From a virus (taxonomy: Duplodnaviria > Caudoviricetes): DNA of 29,471 bases. Both the position numbers and the translations under genes were made by a program. Below, in pieces: positions 1 through 12,290 of this stretch (position 1 is its first letter; each line of letters opens with the position of its first letter). The notes below the pieces were generated by a model that saw only the letters and a list, made by a program, of their open reading frames with translations, was not told where the DNA came from and did not search any database. The stretch covers positions 1 to 29,471 of IMG/VR virus record IMGVR_UViG_3300043756_000018; one strand, written 5' to 3'.

Positions 1-47
1 GCCTGTAGCTCCTGGCCCGCCGCCGTTGCATCGGATCCTCTGGGCAT
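1..47 (-). CDS. 5' end of the gene after the major capsid gene (MPRGSDATAAGQELQ..., truncated by window edge)
   Basis: GAGGAG SD 7 nt before ATG at 47; open to the edge. Confidence 0.6.
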   Translation of the reverse strand, partial: MPRGSDATAAGQELQ

Positions 48-82
48 CTCTGTCTCCTCGTTCTTGGACTGCGCCTGCAAGG

Positions 83-1153
83 CTAAGGCACGATTGAGCG
101 CAGAGCACCACGCGGGTCGATGACCCCGACGCCGAAGTCCGAGCGGACCTTGAAGTCCACGGAGTCAAGCTCGAACTGGTACGGGTCGGTTCCAGCCCCG
201 AGCGCCATCCGCACCATCGGATCGCGGAGCATGACCTGGGGCTCGCTCTGGCCGTTCAGGAAGCCCACGGCGAACGCCGGGACGTCGTTCGGGTCGGCGA
301 ACAGGTACCAGTCGTTCGCGTCCGAGAACCACGGGTCGCGGATCACGCCGTCGGCGGGGAGAACCCCGGCCAGTGGGTTCAGCGTGCCCTTGTCGAAGAA
401 CGCCGTGCCGACACCGGGAGTGCCGCCGGTCCAGTTGACGTTCGCGCCGGTCTGCGTCGAGTTGAGGATGCGCTGGCCGATCATCTGCAGCCGCGCGTTC
501 TGCACGACCAGGATCTGCGGCGTGATGACGATCTGCCGTCCGTCGTCGTCAAGCTGGCGCTCCATGAACGTGATCGCGTCCGCGAGCGAGTCCTCGGACA
601 GGTCGACGACGAACTCGTTCCCGCGCGCCGTCGAGTAGAACGGCTGGCCGTCCGGCGCGAGGCCGGGGTTCTCGATCAGCGCGATTACGGTCTGCAGGAT
701 GAACACGCCCGCCGCGTAGCCCATGTCGGCAGGGTTGCGGTTGAGCAACTCGTTCGAGTCGTCGTTGATGATCGCCTGGCGCGTGATCTGGTACACGCCG
801 CCGTACGTGTCGACCGCCAGCACGGCAGGCGGGCGCTCCGTCCGGGTCATGCCCGGGTAGTGGCCGTGGTCTCCGACGTACCCGATCCCGAGCAGGCCGT
901 TCAGGCCGCGCAGGCGCCGCTCACGGAAGTCCGGCGCGGACTCCTGGCGGGTGTAGCGCTGGTACTGCGCCTGGGCACGGCTATAGCCCAGCCACATCGA
1001 CTGGCGCACCGGCCCGAACAGGAAGGACGGAAAGTCGGCCTTGGAGTCGGCCTCCTCCAGTTCGTAGCTGGCGAGGCGCTCGTCGCGCCACTCCTTGTAC
1101 GCCTCAAGCAGGCGAATCGGCCTGCCGAAGACACCGTATGGATTGCCGTTCAT
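83..1153 (-). CDS. Major capsid protein, Mu gpT-like (HK97 fold), 356 aa
   Basis: Motifs TYGGVYQITRQAIINDD, WYLFADP..VPAFAVGFLNG, FKVRSDFGVGVIDPRG; AAGGAG SD before ATG 1153 (start revised from 1225). Confidence 0.92.
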   Translation of the reverse strand: MNGNPYGVFGRPIRLLEAYKEWRDERLASYELEEADSKADFPSFLFGPVRQSMWLGYSRAQAQYQRYTRQESAPDFRERRLRGLNGLLGIGYVGDHGHYPGMTRTERPPAVLAVDTYGGVYQITRQAIINDDSNELLNRNPADMGYAAGVFILQTVIALIENPGLAPDGQPFYSTARGNEFVVDLSEDSLADAITFMERQLDDDGRQIVITPQILVVQNARLQMIGQRILNSTQTGANVNWTGGTPGVGTAFFDKGTLNPLAGVLPADGVIRDPWFSDANDWYLFADPNDVPAFAVGFLNGQSEPQVMLRDPMVRMALGAGTDPYQFELDSVDFKVRSDFGVGVIDPRGALRSIVP

Positions 1154-1264
1154 CGTTGCTCCTTGGTTAGCCTCTCCGACGCCCGCAAGCGCTTCGTGCG
1201 CATCCGCCGCGCCCAGGGGGGGCAACCTGAGCGGGTCTCCATACGGCTAGCTCACATCCTGTGA
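1154..1264 (-). other. Putative structured 5' leader of the capsid gene
   Basis: Nested inverted repeats on the minus strand: TCACA/TGTGA, TAGCC/GGCTA, CCCGC/GCGGG, TCAGG/CCTGG, GCGC/GCGC. Confidence 0.35.
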
Positions 1265-1645
1265 CTAGAAGCTGTCCTTCGCGTCGAGGTCGACGCGGAC
1301 GCGGTTGAGCGGTGTGCCGCGCTCGCCCGCCACCTCCACGATCCGACCGAACTTGTGGTCGCCCGCGCCCGGTGTGAGCACACCGGCAGCGGAGATGTAG
1401 ACCTCTTCGCCCTTGTCGGCGCCGGTGAGCCCAGTGTCGGGCACCTGGACGACTCCCTTCGTGATGATGAAGAACGGCTCATCGGGGTCGATGATCGCCT
1501 GGTTGGCGAACCCGTCGGCCCATGACCGTGTCCTCTGCTTGACCGCGACGCCGACGAAGTTGTCGACCACGACCGGTGCACCGTGGTTGATCGGGGCGGC
1601 ACCGTTGGTGACGTAGACGCCGGGGCCTGGGCGGTTATACGGCAT
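1265..1645 (-). CDS. DUF2190-like capsid decoration/cement protein
   Basis: VVVDNFVGVAV...KGVVQVP...KGEEVYISAAG pattern; 126 aa, located between protease and capsid genes; GAGGAG SD. Confidence 0.8.
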   Translation of the reverse strand: MPYNRPGPGVYVTNGAAPINHGAPVVVDNFVGVAVKQRTRSWADGFANQAIIDPDEPFFIITKGVVQVPDTGLTGADKGEEVYISAAGVLTPGAGDHKFGRIVEVAGERGTPLNRVRVDLDAKDSF

Positions 1646-1674
1646 GACTCACTCCTCTCTGCCTACCGATGGCC

Positions 1675-3177
1675 TCAGTCGGCCCACGCCTTGGCGGGAT
1701 CGACCCCTGCTTCCTGGAGAACTGCGCCCCAGAGTGTGCCCTCCCCTGGCTTCGGGCCCTCGCCCTCCCCGTCACCCTCGCCGCGCTTGGCGGGAGCGCT
1801 GACGCCCTGGCCGCGAACCTTCGTCGGGCTCAGGGACGCGACGAGGTCGCGCTGCTCCTGAACGACGGCGGTCACGGCCTCCTGGAGCTTGTCCTCGGCC
1901 TTCTTGGTCACGTTGCCGTCGTCGTCGACATCGTCGACCACGTCGAGCGCGGCGGTCGCGCCGTCGTCGGTAATCTCGAACAGGGCCTTGGCCCGCTTCG
2001 AGAACGCGTCGGGTAGCTTCGCCTCGCTGATCTGCCGGTGAGCCGCATCACGCATGTCGCGCAGATCAAGCTGCCGGTCGGCGTCGGCGCGGGCCTCGGC
2101 GCGAATCAACTCGCGCTCATCCGCCACCGCCGACTCGACAAGCTCCTTGACGCGTGCGTTGATCGTCTCATCGAGAGCGCTGCGGAAGTCCTCGCTCTGG
2201 AGAGCTTCCTGGAGCGCCTCTGGGGTCACACCCATGTCGTCTCCTTCGTGATCGTGGGCTTCCGTCACTGATTCCTGCGAACTGAGAGCCTGCTTCGCCA
2301 TCGCCTCGGCCTGCGCCCGGGTGAGCTTCGGATTGCGCTTCAACAGCTTGGCGATCATGTCCTCCAGCGCCGCCGCGTCCTCGTCCTCGTCGCCGTCACC
2401 GTTCCCGTTGTCCTGCTCGACGAGCAGGTGCGGGCGGACCTCCTCGACGTAGCGCACGAACTCCTCATCCGTCATTGACTCCAGCAGTCCCATCCCGTCC
2501 TCCTCGTAAGCGGCCTCCATCAGTTGGACGACGCGCCCACCCGCACCTGCTTCGGTCACCCAGTCGACGCTGCCATGGTCTTCGATGCCTTCGACCAGCC
2601 AGGCACGCTTACCGTCGCGCATCGTGGGCTGCACGCCCGTGGCGTTCGCGGAGATCGACGCTTCGACAAGCTCGGGGTCGTTCTCGGCCAACTCGCGGAT
2701 GAACGGGGTGGGAAGCGACCAGCCGACGACGGCGCCCTGCTCGAACCCCTTCTTCTCGTCCGGCGGGACGTCACCGTCCCAGTAGCTCTCGACGATCCGC
2801 CCGCCGAGATCCCGGATCGAGCGAGGCAGGCCCTTCGCGGCGCGGCGAGCCTCGGGCGAGAGATGGTCTATGTACTGCCGCCAGCCCGCGAACTTGCCCG
2901 CGTTCTCCTGAAGCATCTTGGCCTCGTAGACGTGGCGACCTCGGCCCTTGCCGAGACAGGGGCGCAGGATGTGAAGCGGCAGCAGCCTGCTGCGCTCACG
3001 CTCCTCGGCGGCGGTGGCCTCTTCGAGGCTCAGGCCGCGCTCGACGAGTCGCTGGACGCGCTGCTCCTGAAGCTCTGCGGGGAACTCGACAGAATCGCGC
3101 GGCAGCGCGTACATCGCTTCGCGCAGTTCGAGCGTTCCGGCGGTGTCCGTGTCTGTGTCTGTGGCGGTAGCGCTCAT
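1675..3177 (-). CDS. Prohead (maturation) protease fused to a C-terminal acidic helical scaffold
   Basis: YIDH (His), SISANATG (Ser) and SVDWVTEAGAGGRV motifs of clan SH phage proteases; coiled-coil acidic C-terminal half; directly upstream of decoration and capsid genes. Confidence 0.85.
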   Translation of the reverse strand: MSATATDTDTDTAGTLELREAMYALPRDSVEFPAELQEQRVQRLVERGLSLEEATAAEERERSRLLPLHILRPCLGKGRGRHVYEAKMLQENAGKFAGWRQYIDHLSPEARRAAKGLPRSIRDLGGRIVESYWDGDVPPDEKKGFEQGAVVGWSLPTPFIRELAENDPELVEASISANATGVQPTMRDGKRAWLVEGIEDHGSVDWVTEAGAGGRVVQLMEAAYEEDGMGLLESMTDEEFVRYVEEVRPHLLVEQDNGNGDGDEDEDAAALEDMIAKLLKRNPKLTRAQAEAMAKQALSSQESVTEAHDHEGDDMGVTPEALQEALQSEDFRSALDETINARVKELVESAVADERELIRAEARADADRQLDLRDMRDAAHRQISEAKLPDAFSKRAKALFEITDDGATAALDVVDDVDDDGNVTKKAEDKLQEAVTAVVQEQRDLVASLSPTKVRGQGVSAPAKRGEGDGEGEGPKPGEGTLWGAVLQEAGVDPAKAWAD

Positions 3178-3221
3178 CGGCCCGATACTAAGACGGGATC
3201 ACGCCTCGTCCGCAGATGGAT
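3178..3221 (-). promoter_or_regulatory. Class L (putative late, leaderless) promoter copy 1: ATCCATCT-N23-TAGTAT-N7-ATG
   Basis: Box 3214-3221, -10 at 3185-3190, no SD; same spacing in three other copies. Confidence 0.75.
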
Positions 3222-3223
3222 TG

Positions 3224-4258
3224 CTAGCCGTCCTCCGGAGCACAGAGCGCGCGGTTGCGCTTGACCTGTTCGCGGTAGCTGTCCGGTAGCTCGGGCTTCA
3301 TCAGCAGCACGTCGCAGGCCTGTAGCGACGCGGTCCGCTTGCCGACCCACCAGGCGGCGATCGAGAACTCGAAGAGCATCGCCCAGTCGTACACCCAGCG
3401 GCGCACGAACAGCGTGTCGGCGGGCAGTGTGATCTGGATGCCCTGTGCTGCGACCAGGTACGCGACGTGAGGCATCCCACGTCTGCGGAACCGCCATGCC
3501 AGTTCGTACAGCGGCTCGGCGCGGGTCGGGCGGAAGTTGTACGCCTGGAAGAGCAGATCGACGTCGTCGGCGAGCATCCCCGCCTGCAGGGACGCCTCGA
3601 AGACCTCCTCGTCCCAGCCGCCCATGTCGGCGCGCTGCTTGTAGCGCTCGATCGCCTCCTCAGCACGTCCGAGGTCGCGCAGTGTGTTCGCGAGGTAGTA
3701 GACGATCCGCGCGTTCTCGGGCTCGCGCTCCAATTCCTCAGTGAGCAGTTCCAGGTCGCGCGTGAACTTCTCAGGCCGAGTCGAGCCGTCGTAGTGATGG
3801 TGAACGGTGATCGCATCAAGGTGCGGCACCGGACCGTTCGAACCGTTGGTGATGTATTCGTGCGTCGCGCCGACGTACCACCACTTCTGGTCACCGCGCA
3901 CCAGCCGCTTGATCCAGTACTGAGGGTCGCCGTCGTGCCTGAGCATGTACGCGTCGCCCTCCAGATGCACGGATGCCATATCTGCATACGTGACGGTCAT
4001 GTCCGCATCGAGCAGCAGCAGCCAGTCGGCCTTGCCGCGCGCAAGTTCCATCAGTTCGGTGCGGTTGTGCCCGAAGTTGATCCACGGGCGGTCGTACACG
4101 TCAGACGGAAGCTGATGGTCCTTGACGATCTCGCGGGTGTCGTCGGTTGAGCCAGTGTCAACGACGAGCACGTAGTCGACCAGGCCAACGACGGAGTCGA
4201 GGCAGCGCTCGATGATCGCCGCCTCATCACGGACGATCATGCAGAGCGCGATGGTCAC
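3224..4258 (-). CDS. Family 2 glycosyltransferase with C-terminal TPR-like repeats
   Basis: LCMIVRDEA..IERCLDS, VVDTGSTDDT, NFGHNR, WLLLLDAD (DxD); TPR-like YYLANTLRDLGRAEEAIERY and RAEPLYELA. Confidence 0.92.
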   Translation of the reverse strand: MTIALCMIVRDEAAIIERCLDSVVGLVDYVLVVDTGSTDDTREIVKDHQLPSDVYDRPWINFGHNRTELMELARGKADWLLLLDADMTVTYADMASVHLEGDAYMLRHDGDPQYWIKRLVRGDQKWWYVGATHEYITNGSNGPVPHLDAITVHHHYDGSTRPEKFTRDLELLTEELEREPENARIVYYLANTLRDLGRAEEAIERYKQRADMGGWDEEVFEASLQAGMLADDVDLLFQAYNFRPTRAEPLYELAWRFRRRGMPHVAYLVAAQGIQITLPADTLFVRRWVYDWAMLFEFSIAAWWVGKRTASLQACDVLLMKPELPDSYREQVKRNRALCAPEDG

Positions 4259-4419
4259 GCGGTGTCGGCGTCGTGCGCACGAAGCCGTTCGACCAGTTCA
4301 GCCTTATTGCCGCTGGTCGGCAGCCCCCTGCTCTCTAGCTCCTCCCTCAACTCTGCCACCTTCATGGAGGCATAGTCGGGGGCAGCGGCGGCTTCGGCTT
4401 CAGCCTCAGCCGCCTCTAA
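4255..4419 (-). CDS. SAP (helix-extension-helix) DNA-binding domain ORF, probably a -1 frameshift extension of 4416..4598 (missed by the ORF track)
   Basis: Translates LEAAEAEAEAAAAPDYASMKVAELREELESRGLPTSGNKAELVERLRAHDADTA*, matching the SAP consensus; its TGA overlaps the GT start (GTGA); first in-frame start codon (ATG 4365) lies inside the domain. Confidence 0.75.
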   Translation of the reverse strand, partial: LEAAEAEAEAAAAPDYASMKVAELREELESRGLPTSGNKAELVERLRAHDADTA

Positions 4420-4598
4420 GGGTTTTCGGCGCCTTCCGGTGGCGCTCCCAGCTTTGGGTAGCGAGGGTGCGTCTTTGATCCACGGTGCTCAACGTCCGGC
4501 TTGCGCGATTCGCGGTCTGACGAGTGCTCCCTGACGAACTTCGCAAGCTCCTCGGGCTTACCCGCCTTCCGGGTTGGTGGCTTTCTAGCTGGGGGCAT
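4416..4598 (-). CDS. Small basic protein, 60 aa (N-terminal part of a putative SAP fusion)
   Basis: AAGGAG SD 4 nt before ATG; ends A_AAC_CCT_TAG. Confidence 0.7.
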   Translation of the reverse strand: MPPARKPPTRKAGKPEELAKFVREHSSDRESRKPDVEHRGSKTHPRYPKLGAPPEGAENP

Positions 4599-4607
4599 CG
4601 TTCTCCT

Positions 4608-5573
4608 TTACCAGATCCGGTTGTTCGGCCCCGGGATGTCGCCCGCGTCGAACGGTATCGCCGTCGGTGTCCACTCAAGCCACGGCCAGGCGTAGTAGAT
4701 GCCGGACATGCCGCTGTCGAGCGGGAAGGCCTTGAGGAACTGGCCGACGAACGCCGCTCCGTTCGGGAACTGGTCCCACATGATGTCCTCGGGCGGGGGC
4801 GCGTTGGGGGCGAGCAGTTGCGGGTGGTCGTGCATCTCCATCTCGGGCAGCATGTAGTAGCCCTGATTCGCGGGCGCCTGGTGCCGGAATGGATGCCCGG
4901 CGATGACCCCGCCGTCCGGGAGTTGGCCGGGATATGACAGCGATGCGAACTCGACGACCTCGCTGCCGTGAAGGGTGTATTGCGCCCATGACCGCTGGAA
5001 CCCTGGGATCTCGTGGGGGACCATGTCGTGGTGGCCGATCATCGTCTGGAACGCAGTTTGCATCCCAAGCGCGAGCGGTGACCCGCACTCAACCTTCATG
5101 TAGCACGGCCACGGTATCCACAGGCCAGGGCCGCAGTACACCCACTCATCGCCCGCCTCGTAGACCAGATCCTCCCATTCGTGCTGGCCGGGACCTGAGT
5201 CGTAGTGGCGCTCCAGCCGTAGTGGCCCGCCGCCAATGCACTCCCACATCTCCTTCTCATGGTCGGCGCGGAACTCCCATCTCGCGAACGCGTTCTCGTT
5301 GCCGTGCTCGTACGTGAGGTTCGCAGGCCAGTACATGTGCCAGCGGTCGGTGTTCGGGTCGGTGTGGTCGAACAGGAGATCCCAGGCGTTCATCTCCGCG
5401 ATCACTCGCTGCCCGTCGGGGAAGTTAGGGCCCTCGGCCATCCAGTCCCAGGAGTTGAACTCGGCGTTCCCCGCGTAGTCGCTGGCGAGAATCGCGCCCG
5501 GGCCGGGCGGGCCGGTGAGCGCCAGGTCTCGCCAGCCGGTGCTTGTGCGTACGCGAACTGCTCCTACAGACAT
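4608..5573 (-). CDS. Trp-rich acidic virion-associated protein with N-terminal VRTSTGW motif (putative fibre tip), 321 aa
   Basis: GAGGAG SD before ATG 5573 (start revised from 6275); N-terminus VRVRTSTGWRDLALTGPPGPG shared with the 14041-15823 paralogs. Confidence 0.75.
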   Translation of the reverse strand: MSVGAVRVRTSTGWRDLALTGPPGPGAILASDYAGNAEFNSWDWMAEGPNFPDGQRVIAEMNAWDLLFDHTDPNTDRWHMYWPANLTYEHGNENAFARWEFRADHEKEMWECIGGGPLRLERHYDSGPGQHEWEDLVYEAGDEWVYCGPGLWIPWPCYMKVECGSPLALGMQTAFQTMIGHHDMVPHEIPGFQRSWAQYTLHGSEVVEFASLSYPGQLPDGGVIAGHPFRHQAPANQGYYMLPEMEMHDHPQLLAPNAPPPEDIMWDQFPNGAAFVGQFLKAFPLDSGMSGIYYAWPWLEWTPTAIPFDAGDIPGPNNRIW

Positions 5574-5634
5574 GGTCGAACTCCTCTCGTTGAGCGATCC
5601 CAGATAGCAGCCGTGCCTCTGGCCTCTTGAAGTC

Positions 5635-9413
<3,779 letters not shown>

Positions 9414-9457
9414 GCTGCGAAGTGTGCGGCATCTCAGCCGCAGACCCGCAGATGGAT
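9414..9457 (-). promoter_or_regulatory. Class L promoter copy 2: ATCCATCT-N23-CACACT-N7-ATG
   Basis: Box 9450-9457, -10 at 9421-9426; shares AATCCATCTGCGG with copy 1. Confidence 0.65.
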
Positions 9458-9660
9458 TAGCGCTCGGTCCGCTGGCGCGAGTAGATGTCCTCGACGTAGG
9501 CGGCTTTGGTGCGCCACCGCGCGCCGCAGCCACCCAGGCTGCCTAGGCAGGCCACCTCGCTGTAGTCGCTCGGGGTGCGGCGGTAGCCGTTGAAGGCCGA
9601 GTGGTTGCACTTGTACTGCGTCACGCGCCAGCACTCGCGCCTGCCGCAGCTACACCTCAT
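9457..9660 (-). CDS. Small Cys-rich (Zn-binding) phage protein, 67 aa
   Basis: [20 protein letters not shown]....CG..WRTKA.YV, a pattern I recognise from conserved phage hypotheticals. Confidence 0.7.
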   Translation of the reverse strand: MRCSCGRRECWRVTQYKCNHSAFNGYRRTPSDYSEVACLGSLGGCGARWRTKAAYVEDIYSRQRTER

Positions 9661-10096
9661 CGGACCACCAGACCGAGACCTCGTCCTCGGGCGGCTCCAG
9701 GTAGCTCCCGGAGTAGTGCTCATGTGTCCAGTGGATCACGCCCTTGCTGCCGTCGGCGCGCTTGGCATACGCCTCGATCCGCGCGGTCGAGTGCCGCCCG
9801 AGCCCGGCGGGTTCGACGGTCCGGAACTCCATGATCTCGACCGGTTCTGCGAGCGGCGGCTCATCCTCCATTTCGCTCAGCCACTCGTTCTCGTCGCGGA
9901 CGGCGCGCTGGAGGATGTCGAGCGCGTGCTTGCGCATGTCTGCGACCTCCTCGTCGTACATGCGCGCCATGTCTGCGTTGTACTCCTCCATCTCCTGCTC
10001 CAGGCTGTGGCCCTTGCGCTCGGCTTCGTGAGCGATGTAGCCCGCGAACGTGAGCACCTCGACGCCGGTGTCCGGATCAATCCGCGTGCGCTTCAT
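9650..10096 (-). CDS. Hypothetical acidic protein, 148 aa
   Basis: ATGA coupling to upstream gene, high GC3. Confidence 0.75.
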   Translation of the reverse strand: MKRTRIDPDTGVEVLTFAGYIAHEAERKGHSLEQEMEEYNADMARMYDEEVADMRKHALDILQRAVRDENEWLSEMEDEPPLAEPVEIMEFRTVEPAGLGRHSTARIEAYAKRADGSKGVIHWTHEHYSGSYLEPPEDEVSVWWSDEV

Positions 10097-10443
10097 GCGC
10101 TCAGCCTCGCGTAGTCCTGGGGCGTCTCCCAGCGATCGTGCAGCGGAAGCGCGATGCCGTCTCCGATCACTCGTAGACGGCTGTCGGTCATGCCCACGTA
10201 GGTACCGCCCATCATCGGGCCGAGCATGTCCTCGGGCTCGTCAACCGGCGTCAGGTAGACGTAGACGCCGCTCGCGTAGGTCTTCTCGACGACGCGGACT
10301 GCCGGGGCATCGTCGGTCGGCTCGTACGGCCCGCGCACGCGCGGGTCGATGACCGTCACCTCGTCCACACGCCCGGAGATGCCGCCGTTGGAGCAATCGC
10401 CCAGTCGGGCGTTGCGGTAGATCCTTGCTCTGACTCCTGTCAT
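10093..10443 (-). CDS. Conserved phage hypothetical protein, 116 aa
   Basis: DCSNGGIS...GPMMGGTYV...DSR...LHDRWE motif; GGAGGAG SD; ATGA overlap. Confidence 0.8.
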   Translation of the reverse strand: MTGVRARIYRNARLGDCSNGGISGRVDEVTVIDPRVRGPYEPTDDAPAVRVVEKTYASGVYVYLTPVDEPEDMLGPMMGGTYVGMTDSRLRVIGDGIALPLHDRWETPQDYARLSA

Positions 10444-10931
10444 GTCTCCTCCCTGGAGCGATGCTCCTCTGGATCGTCGTGTTCAAGGCGCGGATCCTCG
10501 TCAGGCAGAAGCTCGCGCCAGTCGACGGGCTTCTGGATCACCTCATGCTCGGCGTCGTCGTAGAGGATCTCGACCACGTGCAGGCCCCAGGGCGCGTACG
10601 GCTCCGGGCTGTTCGCCGGATCGAACTTGTCGCGCTCCTTAGCCACGAAGTTCGTGACCGCGCCGAGACCCAGGTCGATCTGGCCGTCCACCAGAACCGG
10701 CTCGCCGCTGTCGGAGTGCCGGACCTGGAAGACGCGGGGCGGCGGCTTCCACTCGTAGCTCTCACCGGTCACCGTATCGTTGATCCGAGCGCGCCCGGCG
10801 TAGGCATCCGCGATTGCCTCGGCCACGCCGAGCGCGCCCGTGTAGGTCGCGAAGTCGACGCCGGTGCCCCAGCCGTCGGTTAGCACCTTGTAAGCCCCGT
10901 GAGGCTCATGCTCGATGCGGATGGTGATCAT
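10440..10931 (-). CDS. Hypothetical protein, 163 aa
   Basis: GAGGAGG SD, ATGA overlaps at both ends. Confidence 0.75.
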   Translation of the reverse strand: MITIRIEHEPHGAYKVLTDGWGTGVDFATYTGALGVAEAIADAYAGRARINDTVTGESYEWKPPPRVFQVRHSDSGEPVLVDGQIDLGLGAVTNFVAKERDKFDPANSPEPYAPWGLHVVEILYDDAEHEVIQKPVDWRELLPDEDPRLEHDDPEEHRSREET

Positions 10932-11347
10932 TCGCCCTCCTCGGCGGCGGCGACCTGAGCGTCGATCTCGGCCTGAAGCTTGCGGTAGAACGCCGCGCCG
11001 CTCTCCTCGTCCTCGATGCGCTTGTGCTCCTTGCGCACGAACTCAATCGAGAACGCAGCGTGGCGGTTCTGCGCCTCCTCCATGTCGATCGCGCCGGTCT
11101 GGTAGTCGATGTCCTGGAGCCAGCCGTCGCCCATCTCCTCGACCCAGGCGCGGTCGCCGTGGGTCACGACGACGGTGCCGTCGATCAGGGTCTTGTGGCG
11201 ATAGCGGCTGTCCTCGACTGCGGCCCAGGAAAGCTCCTCGCCGTACGCGCGCATGTCAGCCGTGCCGATCACGCCGCCGACGCCGCGCATGATGTCGGCG
11301 TCGCGCGCCATGCGCTCGCGCACTCTCTCTTCGTTCGGGCCCATCAT
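10928..11347 (-). CDS. Hypothetical protein, 139 aa
   Basis: GAGGAG SD, ATGA overlap. Confidence 0.75.
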   Translation of the reverse strand: MMGPNEERVRERMARDADIMRGVGGVIGTADMRAYGEELSWAAVEDSRYRHKTLIDGTVVVTHGDRAWVEEMGDGWLQDIDYQTGAIDMEEAQNRHAAFSIEFVRKEHKRIEDEESGAAFYRKLQAEIDAQVAAAEEGE

Positions 11348-11505
11348 TCGTCTCCTCGGTCGATCTCCTGGACCGGGTGCATGCGCCAGACGCCCGTCCC
11401 GGCGATGCTGCGGCGCTCGACGACGCGCTCAGCGAACTCGCGGGTCAGGCCCTGGGCGATGATCCGGATCCCTCGGTCGTACTCGATCACGGTCCAGGTG
11501 ATCAT
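11344..11505 (-). CDS. Hypothetical protein, 53 aa (first gene after class E cassette)
   Basis: GACCGAGGAG SD 6 nt before ATG 11505. Confidence 0.7.
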   Translation of the reverse strand: MITWTVIEYDRGIRIIAQGLTREFAERVVERRSIAGTGVWRMHPVQEIDRGDE

Positions 11506-11570
11506 TGCTTGCTCCTCGGTCGGCGCGGGCCGTATCGCCCGCATCCTCATTGTAGCACACGTCGTGCGCT
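11506..11570 (-). promoter_or_regulatory. Class E cassette copy 1: operator AGCGCAC-GAC-GTGTGCT, -10 TACAAT, hairpin GCGGGC-N6-GCCCGC, SD GACCGAGGAG
   Basis: Operator 11554-11570, -10 at 11549-11554; near-identical layout at 12434-12506 and 25517-25587. Confidence 0.8.
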
Positions 11571-11790
11571 ATGTGCGGCTCACGCCCTGGCCGTCCAGGG
11601 TCCAGCCGGTGCCGCGCAACAACTCCTCCAGGAAGTCGTCAAGGTCGATCGCCATACCCTCGGGATCGTCGGCGCGGAACTCCGCGTTGATGAAGTCGCG
11701 TACCTCCTCGACGAGATTCCTGCGCCGGTTCTCGACCAGCGCTCGCGTCATGAAGAACAGCTTCTCGTCACGCGTCAACTCGCGCTCCAT
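11569..11790 (-). CDS. Hypothetical protein, 73 aa
   Basis: Fills the operon gap, GGGGTG SD-like sequence, typical codon usage. Confidence 0.65.
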   Translation of the reverse strand: MERELTRDEKLFFMTRALVENRRRNLVEEVRDFINAEFRADDPEGMAIDLDDFLEELLRGTGWTLDGQGVSRT

Positions 11791-11794
11791 GTCA

Positions 11795-12028
11795 TCACCC
11801 CCTCTCGTCAGCGCGGCGCTCCAGGAACGCCTGCTCGGCGTCCCAGGCGTACCAGCGCGGGTCTTCGTAGCTCACATGCTCATGCCCGGCGGCGCAGCGC
11901 CAGGATCCGTACTCGTTGATCTCAAGCTCGGCCCCGCACTCGACCTCGGTCCAGAGATCCTCGGGGAAGTCAGGCTCGGGATGACCGGACGGAACCTGGA
12001 TCAGCCAGTGGCAGCCCTCAGTACTCAT
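11795..12028 (-). CDS. Small Zn-ribbon-like protein (C/H ligands), about 77 aa
   Basis: ECGA...WRCAAGHEH; start uncertain (12028 or 12046). Confidence 0.65.
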   Translation of the reverse strand: MSTEGCHWLIQVPSGHPEPDFPEDLWTEVECGAELEINEYGSWRCAAGHEHVSYEDPRWYAWDAEQAFLERRADERG

Positions 12029-12290
12029 CGGGCCACCCGTAGGCATCCACCTCGAACCGGTCCTCCGGATCGAGCCTGTCGTACCGCTCCTGCCAGTACT
12101 CCTTCGTGAACCGCTCGGACGGCATGCACTCGCCGTTCAGATGGCCGCAGCACGGGAAGTCCTCGCATCGGCCTCCGAACTCGGCGACGCGCTGCACCTC
12201 GTAGCAGTCGTGCGTCTCCATCCAGTGGCTTCCGCCGCTGGTGCCGCACTCGTCGCAGGTGAACGTCCTGCGCTCGCGTGTGGCGCTCAT
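12018..12290 (-). CDS. Small Cys-rich Zn-binding protein with GRCEDFPCCGH motif, 90 aa
   Basis: CDEC...H..HDC and GRCED.PCCG motifs; AAAGGAG SD; ATGA overlap. Confidence 0.75.
   Translation of the reverse strand: MSATRERRTFTCDECGTSGGSHWMETHDCYEVQRVAEFGGRCEDFPCCGHLNGECMPSERFTKEYWQERYDRLDPEDRFEVDAYGWPDEY

Noticed and set aside
47-95. Capsid stop CCT-TAG whose -1 frame runs into the next gene's ATG
   Set aside because: No slippery heptamer, and the downstream gene has its own strong SD; likely chance in GC-rich DNA
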